64,000 nucleotides of DNA, from assembly GCA_050949565.1 (NCBI GenBank), contig JBMNFY010000017.1, forward strand, positions 224,001 to 288,000. Direction: 5' to 3'. The translations under genes were made by a program, and so were the position numbers. The DNA is from Kiritimatiellia bacterium (GTDB lineage Bacteria > Verrucomicrobiota > Kiritimatiellia > RFP12 > UBA1067). The notes beneath the pieces are model-generated. The model was not told where the DNA came from, searched no databases, and worked only from the letters and a program-made list of their open reading frames with translations. Below are positions 17,760 to 26,209 of the stretch, piece after piece. The stretch's first letter is position 1; each line of letters opens with the position of its first letter.

Positions 17760-20700
17760 TCATTGTAGCGTGAACAGGATGCCGCGCGCTGTATCGCGGA
17801 TGTAGCCGTCTGCGGTCTGCCAGGCGCACCGTCCGGAGGGCGTGACAAAGCAACCGAGTTGCGTGGACGTGAGCTGCTGCTGGAAGCGCAGGGTGTCGGT
17901 CTCAAGATTGCCGGTCAGCGTGACGGTCGCGTCGGGGTCGAAGAGTGCCGGGCCGATGGCCAGCGGGGTCTCGCCGAAATCGAGCACTGACGTACCGGTG
18001 AAGAGCGTCTCTCCAGCAAGATTGAGTACGGCGGGCATTTGCGGACGGACGATGGCACTGTCGAGCGTGAGTGCGATATCACCCGTGAAGGCGTCGGCTG
18101 TAGCAAGCGTCAGCACGGCGTTGGTCGAGAGGCTCACCGTGAGCGGCACGTTCTGCGTGGCGGTGATGCGCAGCTCGGCACCTGACAGAACGGCGAGCGT
18201 GTTTGTGCCGGCGAGGGCGTTCGGCGCTTCGAGGCACAGCGCGCCACCGCGCACGGTGATCGGTCCGCCGAACGTACTGCCGGAAGCGGCGAGGATCATG
18301 GACGCCGGGCCGGCCTTGACCAGCGGCTGGTCGTAAAGTCCGATCTGCGGGTAATCGCGCATGGATGCGGTGACAGCGAAGTCAACATGGCACTCGACAG
18401 TAAAGGGGGCTTTTTGCGCATTATTGACGAGGGTGAAGCCTGCGGCGTTTGTGGAAGCCGCTGGCCCGAGAATCAGCCAGTGGGCGGCGCCCGCATTGCC
18501 GACGCGCACACGGTTGCCGACGAGGCGGGCTCCGTTCTGCAGCGTCATGTTGTTGGCGTATTGACCAGAATCGCCGATGTCGAAGGAATAGAGCCGACAC
18601 TCGGAGGCATTGAGCGTGATCGGGCGGGACATGCCGAGCGTGAAGAGACCGTTCGGGTACAGGATCGAGTCGCCAGAGAGCACAAGCGGACAGCCATTCC
18701 CGAGGCCCCCGGCATCGGGTGAACGGTGGAGCGCGGTAACGAGAGTAGCACCGTCTCGTACTTGGATAGAGGTGGGCGCGGGACTGGAAATGATGGGGGC
18801 GCTGATGTAGGCCGTGCGCCGCTCCACGGTAATCGGCCCGGCAAAGGCAGTGCCGCCGGAGAGCGTGGCCGGCAGCGGCGTGCCGCCTTGGATTAGGGCG
18901 AGCGACATCACGCCATAGCCTTCCGCTGTATTGTTGGTAGCGATAGAGGTGGTCGTCGCGCCGGGGTTAGTATCGAAATCAAAACCGGTCAGAAAGCGAC
19001 TGAGGACGTAGCTCGCATACTCGCAGGAGGCGACAATGTCAGAGCCCTGCTGCGCGAGGCGGACTTTCACGCACTTGGTGTGAACGTCGTCAAAAACTTG
19101 CGCTTGGAAGGCGACGGTACCATCCTCGGCGACACGCCAGTGATAGACGTTGGCTGGAACAGGGCTGCCCCGTCCGTCGCTGATCCACAACCCTCCCAAT
19201 GTGACGACCGCATCGGTGATCTCGGAAAGGTTCACGCCGGTCAGGACGGTGTCGGCGGCCGGCGCTTTCGGCAGAGGCACATTGTGAACCGGATTAGTGA
19301 CCGCCGACTGCGGGGCACCGGCGGGAGCAGCGATGCGCAGGGCGCCTCTGCCGACCGGCGCGACGGGGAGTGTGACGGGATCGAGCGTGTCCAAGGCGAG
19401 CAGCGATGCGACACCGGAGAGTGCGACACGCGCGGGGAACTGCTGTACGGGAGAGAAGGCGGCATTGCCCAGCGTGACGCGTCCCGGCAGATCGACAGGC
19501 TGTCGCGCGGTCAAGCCAACGGTTGTCAGGCTAGCCTGTAGACGGACGATATTGACGCCGTTGGCCGTGTCGGAACCGGTGGCCAGCGGCAACTCATCGC
19601 CTGCAAGGTCGAAGTCGATGCCGCGGCGATCTTGATGCGGGCTTTCGGGCAATACCAAGGACTTGGCGTAAAGCGCACGGGCGGAGAGTCCTGCCGCGTC
19701 CTCAGTGAGTTCGACCTTGACGCAATAGGTGGCGTTGGCCTCGGCAGCCTGAAACTGGACCGTGGCGGTCGTGGGCGAGGTGCGCTGCCAATGGAAGGGC
19801 TGAGCGGGCAGAAGATCCCGGTTGTTGACACCGCTGCCACCGATATACGCCTCAAAGTCGGTGACTCGATCAAGTTTCGCGTTGTCACCGGTCGCCAGTG
19901 TCGCAGCGGGTGTTTCGGTCGGCAGATAAGAACTGGTTGCGTGAGCCGGAAGAAGCATGAAGGCAGGGCAGCCGTACCCGCCTGCGGTGAGATTGGGAGC
20001 GATCGAACCCATGTCCCCGCCTGAGTCGAAATCGAAGCCGACCTGATATGCATCGCGGTGGTATTTCGCATACACGGCACGGCCATAAATGCCGTCCGGC
20101 TGCTGCGTCAGTTCGATCTTGAGGCATTTCGTGTGTATGCCCCTGTCGCGGCGCTGGAGTTGGAAGGATGCGGTGGCGCCGTCGTTCACAAAGTAGAAGA
20201 TGTGCGCGTCCGCATAATCGTCATCGAACGACCCACCGGCCATCAGAGCGGCGGCGGAGTGATAGTTCGCGAGCGTGGCTCCGGGGAAGAGCAACGTGGA
20301 CGAGGCTGTTATGAAGCTCGTGTGGATGAGCGGCTGCGGCGCGGGCGTATCCGCCACGCTCAGTTCTGGTGCGCGGAAGAGCATCAGGCTGGAAGCAAAA
20401 TAGTTGGTGCCGTTATCCGTGCCGGTAGTATCAAAATCGATGCGTCCGGCCATGTCATAGAACGTTTGGGCGTAACGAGCATAGACGGCGCGACCGTAAA
20501 TGCCGTCCGGCTGCTGTGCCAGCGCAACCTTCACGCACTTGACGAATTTTCCTTCGCGTGCACCGTTCTCGAAGAATTGCAGTTGGAAGGTGGCGTTCGC
20601 GCCATCGTTAGTGAAAAACAGGGCACGCGAATAGCTGTCTCTGTAAGCCAGTGCCACGCTCGACCCGGCGACGGTCCCCTCGGCACCAGTCACATCCGCC

Positions 20701-21077
20701 AGCGCGGCATCGGGGAAGAGCAGTACGCTATTGGTAGGAATTGCGCCGCCCTTCCAAGTGAGTGTCGGCAGAGACGCTTCAGACGCTGCCATGCCGCCCT
20801 CGACGGCGATATCCCGCGCACTGGGGCGGATCATGGTTTCGGCGGAGAGCCTGATCGCCGCCGCGATATCCTGCGACACGGTGATGACGGAGGGGTTGGT
20901 GACGGATGCGGTGTCGCCTACACCGGGCACGGCAGCCGGCGACCAGGCGGCGGGATCGTGGAAATCACCTGTACCGGCAGTGAAGACATTCGTCTCTCCG
21001 GCAGCGCAGACGGCCAACGGCACGACGAGCGCGAGAACTTGCAACATGACGGCATACGAGAAGATTCTGATTTTCAT
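17760..21077 (-). CDS. Large secreted surface protein with four copies of an unrecognised ~125-aa domain and an autotransporter-associated beta-strand repeat
   Basis: Signal peptide; repeats ATFQLQ..KC(V/L)K(V/I).L.QQPDGIYGRAVYA..DFD; LVKAGPASMIL...TFGG repeat; ends GILFTLQ. Confidence 0.8.
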   Translation of the reverse strand: MKIRIFSYAVMLQVLALVVPLAVCAAGETNVFTAGTGDFHDPAAWSPAAVPGVGDTASVTNPSVITVSQDIAAAIRLSAETMIRPSARDIAVEGGMAASEASLPTLTWKGGAIPTNSVLLFPDAALADVTGAEGTVAGSSVALAYRDSYSRALFFTNDGANATFQLQFFENGAREGKFVKCVKVALAQQPDGIYGRAVYARYAQTFYDMAGRIDFDTTGTDNGTNYFASSLMLFRAPELSVADTPAPQPLIHTSFITASSTLLFPGATLANYHSAAALMAGGSFDDDYADAHIFYFVNDGATASFQLQRRDRGIHTKCLKIELTQQPDGIYGRAVYAKYHRDAYQVGFDFDSGGDMGSIAPNLTAGGYGCPAFMLLPAHATSSYLPTETPAATLATGDNAKLDRVTDFEAYIGGSGVNNRDLLPAQPFHWQRTSPTTATVQFQAAEANATYCVKVELTEDAAGLSARALYAKSLVLPESPHQDRRGIDFDLAGDELPLATGSDTANGVNIVRLQASLTTVGLTARQPVDLPGRVTLGNAAFSPVQQFPARVALSGVASLLALDTLDPVTLPVAPVGRGALRIAAPAGAPQSAVTNPVHNVPLPKAPAADTVLTGVNLSEITDAVVTLGGLWISDGRGSPVPANVYHWRVAEDGTVAFQAQVFDDVHTKCVKVRLAQQGSDIVASCEYASYVLSRFLTGFDFDTNPGATTTSIATNNTAEGYGVMSLALIQGGTPLPATLSGGTAFAGPITVERRTAYISAPIISSPAPTSIQVRDGATLVTALHRSPDAGGLGNGCPLVLSGDSILYPNGLFTLGMSRPITLNASECRLYSFDIGDSGQYANNMTLQNGARLVGNRVRVGNAGAAHWLILGPAASTNAAGFTLVNNAQKAPFTVECHVDFAVTASMRDYPQIGLYDQPLVKAGPASMILAASGSTFGGPITVRGGALCLEAPNALAGTNTLAVLSGAELRITATQNVPLTVSLSTNAVLTLATADAFTGDIALTLDSAIVRPQMPAVLNLAGETLFTGTSVLDFGETPLAIGPALFDPDATVTLTGNLETDTLRFQQQLTSTQLGCFVTPSGRCAWQTADGYIRDTARGILFTLQ

Positions 21078-21220
21078 AGTCATCCCTTCTTCTGAGGCCT
21101 TTACAACGCAGGTTATCACTCCATCACGGTTGGTTTACAGTGCCGAAATCTGGGGAAAAAGTCAAGCCCATGGCGCGTTATTTTGTGGCCGGATTTGCCG
21201 CTTCGCGGCGAAAGGGCAGA

Positions 21221-21405
21221 GCAGCGCTTTTACTCTCAAGGTTGCGAGCCACTGCGTGGTCGCAATAAGAGAGGTTGATCCGCGACTCGCGACTTGCGGC
21301 CAGCCCAGCCCCCCAAAAAAACCTTGTGGCATGGGCGTCCCGCCCATGAAACACGGGCAAGATGCCCGTGCCACACCTCTGCGTTGAAAAAACCCGAGCT
21401 GTGCC
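21221..21405 (+). repeat. Composite repeat including a complete GTGG REP doublet
   Basis: Matches 17398-17525; REP doublet at 21326-21374; tail matches 10448-10470. Confidence 0.85.
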
Positions 21406-21430
21406 ATCCCCCAAGTCGAGCCGTAAGGCA

Positions 21431-22697
21431 CTAGTGAATAAAAGTCACGCGATCCAGTGTCAGCCGCCGTAGGCCCTTGATGTTGAAGGCACCTTTGCCG
21501 CCCGGCTGCATTTCAAACCGCACGTTGCTCAAGAGGATGTCGCTGACATCATCGTCCGGGCGCAGCGTGAACGAGGGATACTCCGGTGAGCGGATCGTCA
21601 TGTTTGAAAAGGTCAGGTTGCGGATGCGGCTGACCTTGGTGTCTTCTGAGAACCTGACGCGGATCGGTGCATTGCGGCATTCGAGATTGATGTCGCTGAA
21701 ATGCACATTCTCGACCCCGAAGGGATGCACGGTTTCCGGCAGGGGCGGCACCCCTTCTCCGCGCGGCGGGTCGTTCGGCACATGCTTCATATCCGGCATA
21801 TCGATGTTGATGCCGGTATGAGACTCGCGGATCACCAGATTGCTAATACGGCAATCCTTGATCAGATAGTCGTGGGTCCAGCCGATGCGGATGGCCGCAG
21901 AGTTGCTCTGCAAAACGCAGTTCGCCACCACCACCCGCTCGCACGCTACAGGTCCGTGCAACTGATGCTGGTAAGCGCGCAGGATCAGCGCGTCATCGCC
22001 GCTGCGCACGATGCAGTCGCTGACCGTCACGTCGCGGCACGACCCGATGTGAATGCCGTCGCCGTTCGGAAAGCGCAGATCCATTTCGATTTTCAGGCCG
22101 CGGACCTGCACGAACTCGCAATCCAGCAGCCACATGCTCCAGCCCGACGGGTTCAGGATCGTGACATCATCCAAGCCGGACGTTCTTGCACCCGACCAGA
22201 AAGATGTTGCGCCCGGTGATCAACTGATCGTGCTTGCGACGCCACCAATGCGTCCCTTCGGTCTTTTCATGAAACAGCTCCGCGCGCCCGTTGATCGTGC
22301 CCCGGCCGCAGATCGCGATATTGGTCTGCGCCACGGCGTAGAACATCGCACGCTTGTTGCGGCGCAGGCTGTACTCGACCCGCCAGTGCGGCGAGGGTTC
22401 AAATTCCGGATAGAGGAGCGGATCGGGACCGCCTTCCAGCGAGGCACCGGCCTCGATTTCCAAGCGCGTGTTCGAGCGCGGGTAGAGCGTGTAGGTCATA
22501 AAGGCCCCGCCCGCGACCCGCACCGTGCCGCCGCCGGCCGCCGCCGCTGCGTCGATCGCCTTCTGGATCGCCGCCGTGTTGTCAGTTTTGCCGTCCGGCA
22601 CCGCACCGAAATCCGTGACACAGAACACTCCGTCCTTGCCCGCGCCCTGCGCAACCGCCGCCGCTACCACCAGCAACCACCCGACCATCCTTCTCAT
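21431..22697 (-). pseudogene. GH28/pectin-lyase-fold glycoside hydrolase split by a 1-nt frameshift near 22175
   Basis: DFGAVPDGKTDNTAAIQKAID and PNGDGIH..GDDAL motifs lie in different frames; removing 1 nt gives CKNVRLDDVTILN. Confidence 0.8.
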
Positions 22698-22830
22698 TGT
22701 TTTCTCCTTTCGCCGTATGCTCGCACACGGGCAACCCGCACGCCCTTATCACGTCACCGGTATAGTACCCACATTCCCCTCATTCCCGCAATCTTCATTT
22801 GATGTGGTGCGCGCATCAATGCCCTCCTGC

Positions 22831-22859
22831 TTGACGGGGACGTGGCGGAAGGATACGAT
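22831..22859 (+). promoter_or_regulatory. Sigma70 promoter
   Basis: TTGACG-17 bp-TACGAT. Confidence 0.65.
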
Positions 22860-22940
22860 AAAAACACTGGCGATTATCATGAGTTGCAGGTTACACGGCT
22901 GGGCTGTTGCGGTTTCAGCCGCTTGATAGGAGAGTCCCAC

Positions 22941-25900
22941 ATGAACGTACGGCTTCTGGGTATGAGTTCTTTCACTGCGGCGTCACTGCGTGTCGGCACC
23001 GTTCTTCTCACTTGCTTGCTTCTTGAGGCCTCAGCCGCTCCAACCGGTGCGGGCTATCGCGAAACGGTCATTGCCCCCGTACCGGCCGGCGAGACATCGA
23101 ATCTCGTGGACCGCCTTTTTATCTCGGAGGGGACATACAACAAGACCGAGGCCGGGACGCTTGCCCTGGCGGCCTCCAATTTGGTGCAACAGGGAGAAGG
23201 GCGCCTCGTTGTCCGAGAAGGGGCGCTGCGCATTCAAGGCGATACGCGTACGCTCGCCGCACCGGCACCCTGTCCATACGAGATTCTCGCCAGTGCCGCC
23301 TTTTGGGTCGACGCCACGACCAACCTCGTCACCGTTTCCTCCAACGACAACACCTATGTCGACGCCTGGCTCGACGTGCGCGAACCCGACACCGGAGCCC
23401 CCTTCCTGTATCCGCGCGCTGTCGCCAACTGGACATACACCAACATCTCCCCCCAATGTATTTTGAATGCCGGCACCGACGGCACCATGCCCTCCGTCTG
23501 GTTCGGCCGCTACGGCTCGTTGCGCACCATGACGTGGACCACGCCGGAAAACACGGTCGCTAACTTCACCAAGATCTACCACGTCTTTGCCGTCCACGGC
23601 GTTTTCCAGTCTTATGGCTACGTTTTCGGTAGCATGTCTGACGGCATGCCCGACTTCCACATCACTGATTTTACCACCGGATCACCCACCGCAATGATCT
23701 GGCATCCAAATGAATGGTCGACCACAGCCGTCCGTCAAGGGCGCACCTATCTGGACGGCGTGCGTATCGACGGCACCGCACTCCCGCCGAAGCGAGGCTG
23801 GCAATTGCTGGAAGTGGCCATGGCCGGCAAGCTGTCACAGGCCGCCAATTTTTTCAATGACCGCGGCATCATGTCTTCCGGCAAGCGGGCCGGTGGCGAC
23901 AACCTGTGCGAGGTGGCCGTCTTCACCAACCGCCTCAGTGAAACCGAGCGCATGCTGGTCCAGTCTTACCTGATGCAGAAGTGGCTTGGGACGAAAGCCC
24001 AGATTCCCCCGATCGTCCATGCCAGCGCTTCTGGAACCGTGATTGCCGACGCGGCCGAAAACAACACCCTGGCCCTCCGTCTGAACGGCGACGGCACCAT
24101 CCAGAAGCAGGGGGCGGGACTTGCGGTCCTTGAAGCCACGCCTGCATCCTCCAGCATCTTTCGTTCCGCCGTCGTGCAATCCGGCACGCTTGACGCGCGG
24201 CTCCCCGTTCCGCTGTCTTTGACAGCGGGGGACCGAGTGACCACGTCAAACACCGCGATCAGCGTGACCCAAGACGCCGGCGCTGGACAACTCGCCAAGG
24301 ACGGCCCCGGCACTGTGACGCTGTCATCTGTGCCCGACGGCGTCACGCAGGTCAATGTGAACGGCGGCACCGTGGTCCTTGCAACGCCCGCGAACTCCGT
24401 TTCCGTCACGGCGGTCATCACCGGCAGTGTCCCCAACGCCACGTTCGAATCGGAGCAACTTACCTCCGACAACCGCCGCATCGCCGACGGCGAGACCTAT
24501 CACGGCTGGACAGCCTACGTTCCTCCCCCGTACCCGGGTGCTGACAACGCGGTTTTCATTTTCAACCGCCAGCGCGCGGCCGAAGCCTCCAAGTGGCCCT
24601 GTGACTACGATGCGCCCGAGGGCCTGCAAGTCCTCGCGCTCAAGCAAGATGCCTCTGTGTCCACGTCGCTCTCATTGCCTGTCGCAGGTCTTTACGACGT
24701 GTCTTTTTACACCTCCGCGCGCTCGTTCCGCACGGGAAGACACGAAATCGACCTTTGTCTTGTCGAAGGCGCAACAACCAACGCGGTCACGACCGTCCAA
24801 ACGGTCAACCAAGCCTATGCCCGACAATCCTTCCGCCTGCCGTGGCTGGAGGCCGGTACCCACACGCTGCTCTTCCACCGCAACGTCGCCGCCGTCGACA
24901 CGCTGGGTACGATTGATGACATCAAGGTGACGCTGGTCTCGACGGTCAACCCCAACACTGTCAAAATTCCGAACGGGGACTTTGAACTGACCGACTATCC
25001 GCGCGACCCGACAACTTTCACGACCTCCAACGTGGCCCGTGGCTGGACGTTTACTGCAGTCACGAACGGGGAAATCTCCGCCGGGATTACGATGCCGGCA
25101 TCGTCTGTTTACGCCTACACGCCCTCCACGCCGTACGGTGTGGTCATGCTCTGCCTGGCCAGCAACGGGTGCGCACGAAGCGCGTCGTTCGCGTTGCCGG
25201 CCGGCACCTATGCCCTGCAGGGAGCTGTTTGCAAGTGGCCCTGCCGGATCGGCAACAAATATCTCCAGGCAACCCAATCGATCAAAGCCACTGTCGCACG
25301 CGCGACGGGGGACAGCATCGAACTGGGCACTCTGGAAACTTCCGGAAGCATCCTCACGACGAGACGCTGGCCCACCGCCTTCACCGTGACCGACAACGAA
25401 ACCATCACGCTGACGCTGGCGGGCACGGGCACATCAGGCGTCGGACTGATCGACAACCTCGAGTTGATCCCGCAGACAAGTAGCATCATCCAGAACGGCG
25501 GCTTCGAGAGCGCCGCAGGCTGGTCGTTTTTCGCTGACAAAGTGAGCCAGCCGAAGGCGGCGGCGTGGTACAACGAACTGTCGTCGTCGAACCACTACGG
25601 AACGGCGATTTATGACGGTGTGCGGCGTCTGCTTCTAGTTCAAACCGGTGCAGCCTTCCAAGACATTCAAATTCCCGCACCGGGCCTCTACCGGCTGGTA
25701 TTCCACGCCGCCCAGCGGTGTCCGCTGACCTACGGCAATGTCTACGGACACAACCCCGTGCGGGCGTGGCTGGCCCGTGACGGTGCGACCAACGTGATCG
25801 GCTGGACGCGTGTTGACGACAATGCCATCGTCCGACGGGAGTTCCTGTTCAACGTGGCGGTGGCAGGAACGTATCGCTTCGGTCTGCAAGGCATGAGCGA

Positions 25901-26195
25901 CAACTCACCCCAGTATCCGGGAACCGACCAGAATGCTTTGATCGACGGCGTCTCAATCGAGCCCGCATCCGATCTCGCGCCGGCCGACATCCCGCTACCC
26001 AAAAACCTGTCGATCAATGTCGCCGAAGGCGCATATCTTCAGCTTTCCTTCGCGAGTACGCAAAAGGTCGAGCGCGTCAAGCTAGGTGGACATTTCGCCG
26101 TGGGTGTCATCAGTCAGGAGACATATCCCGACGCGATCATTGGCCCCGGTGCCTTGTATACCACGCCTAAAGGATCGCTCATGATGCTTCGTTGA
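22941..26195 (+). CDS. Large secreted protein with LamG-like domain and three galactose-binding-like (CBM) domains
   Basis: AGGAG RBS, signal peptide; EVAVFTNRLSETER..VQSYLMQKW; three NxxFE...IDxI/L/V modules; KDGPGTVTL repeats; ends GSLMMLR. Confidence 0.8.
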   Translation: MNVRLLGMSSFTAASLRVGTVLLTCLLLEASAAPTGAGYRETVIAPVPAGETSNLVDRLFISEGTYNKTEAGTLALAASNLVQQGEGRLVVREGALRIQGDTRTLAAPAPCPYEILASAAFWVDATTNLVTVSSNDNTYVDAWLDVREPDTGAPFLYPRAVANWTYTNISPQCILNAGTDGTMPSVWFGRYGSLRTMTWTTPENTVANFTKIYHVFAVHGVFQSYGYVFGSMSDGMPDFHITDFTTGSPTAMIWHPNEWSTTAVRQGRTYLDGVRIDGTALPPKRGWQLLEVAMAGKLSQAANFFNDRGIMSSGKRAGGDNLCEVAVFTNRLSETERMLVQSYLMQKWLGTKAQIPPIVHASASGTVIADAAENNTLALRLNGDGTIQKQGAGLAVLEATPASSSIFRSAVVQSGTLDARLPVPLSLTAGDRVTTSNTAISVTQDAGAGQLAKDGPGTVTLSSVPDGVTQVNVNGGTVVLATPANSVSVTAVITGSVPNATFESEQLTSDNRRIADGETYHGWTAYVPPPYPGADNAVFIFNRQRAAEASKWPCDYDAPEGLQVLALKQDASVSTSLSLPVAGLYDVSFYTSARSFRTGRHEIDLCLVEGATTNAVTTVQTVNQAYARQSFRLPWLEAGTHTLLFHRNVAAVDTLGTIDDIKVTLVSTVNPNTVKIPNGDFELTDYPRDPTTFTTSNVARGWTFTAVTNGEISAGITMPASSVYAYTPSTPYGVVMLCLASNGCARSASFALPAGTYALQGAVCKWPCRIGNKYLQATQSIKATVARATGDSIELGTLETSGSILTTRRWPTAFTVTDNETITLTLAGTGTSGVGLIDNLELIPQTSSIIQNGGFESAAGWSFFADKVSQPKAAAWYNELSSSNHYGTAIYDGVRRLLLVQTGAAFQDIQIPAPGLYRLVFHAAQRCPLTYGNVYGHNPVRAWLARDGATNVIGWTRVDDNAIVRREFLFNVAVAGTYRFGLQGMSDNSPQYPGTDQNALIDGVSIEPASDLAPADIPLPKNLSINVAEGAYLQLSFASTQKVERVKLGGHFAVGVISQETYPDAIIGPGALYTTPKGSLMMLR

Positions 26196-26209
26196 CGCGT
26201 GTTCGGGTA

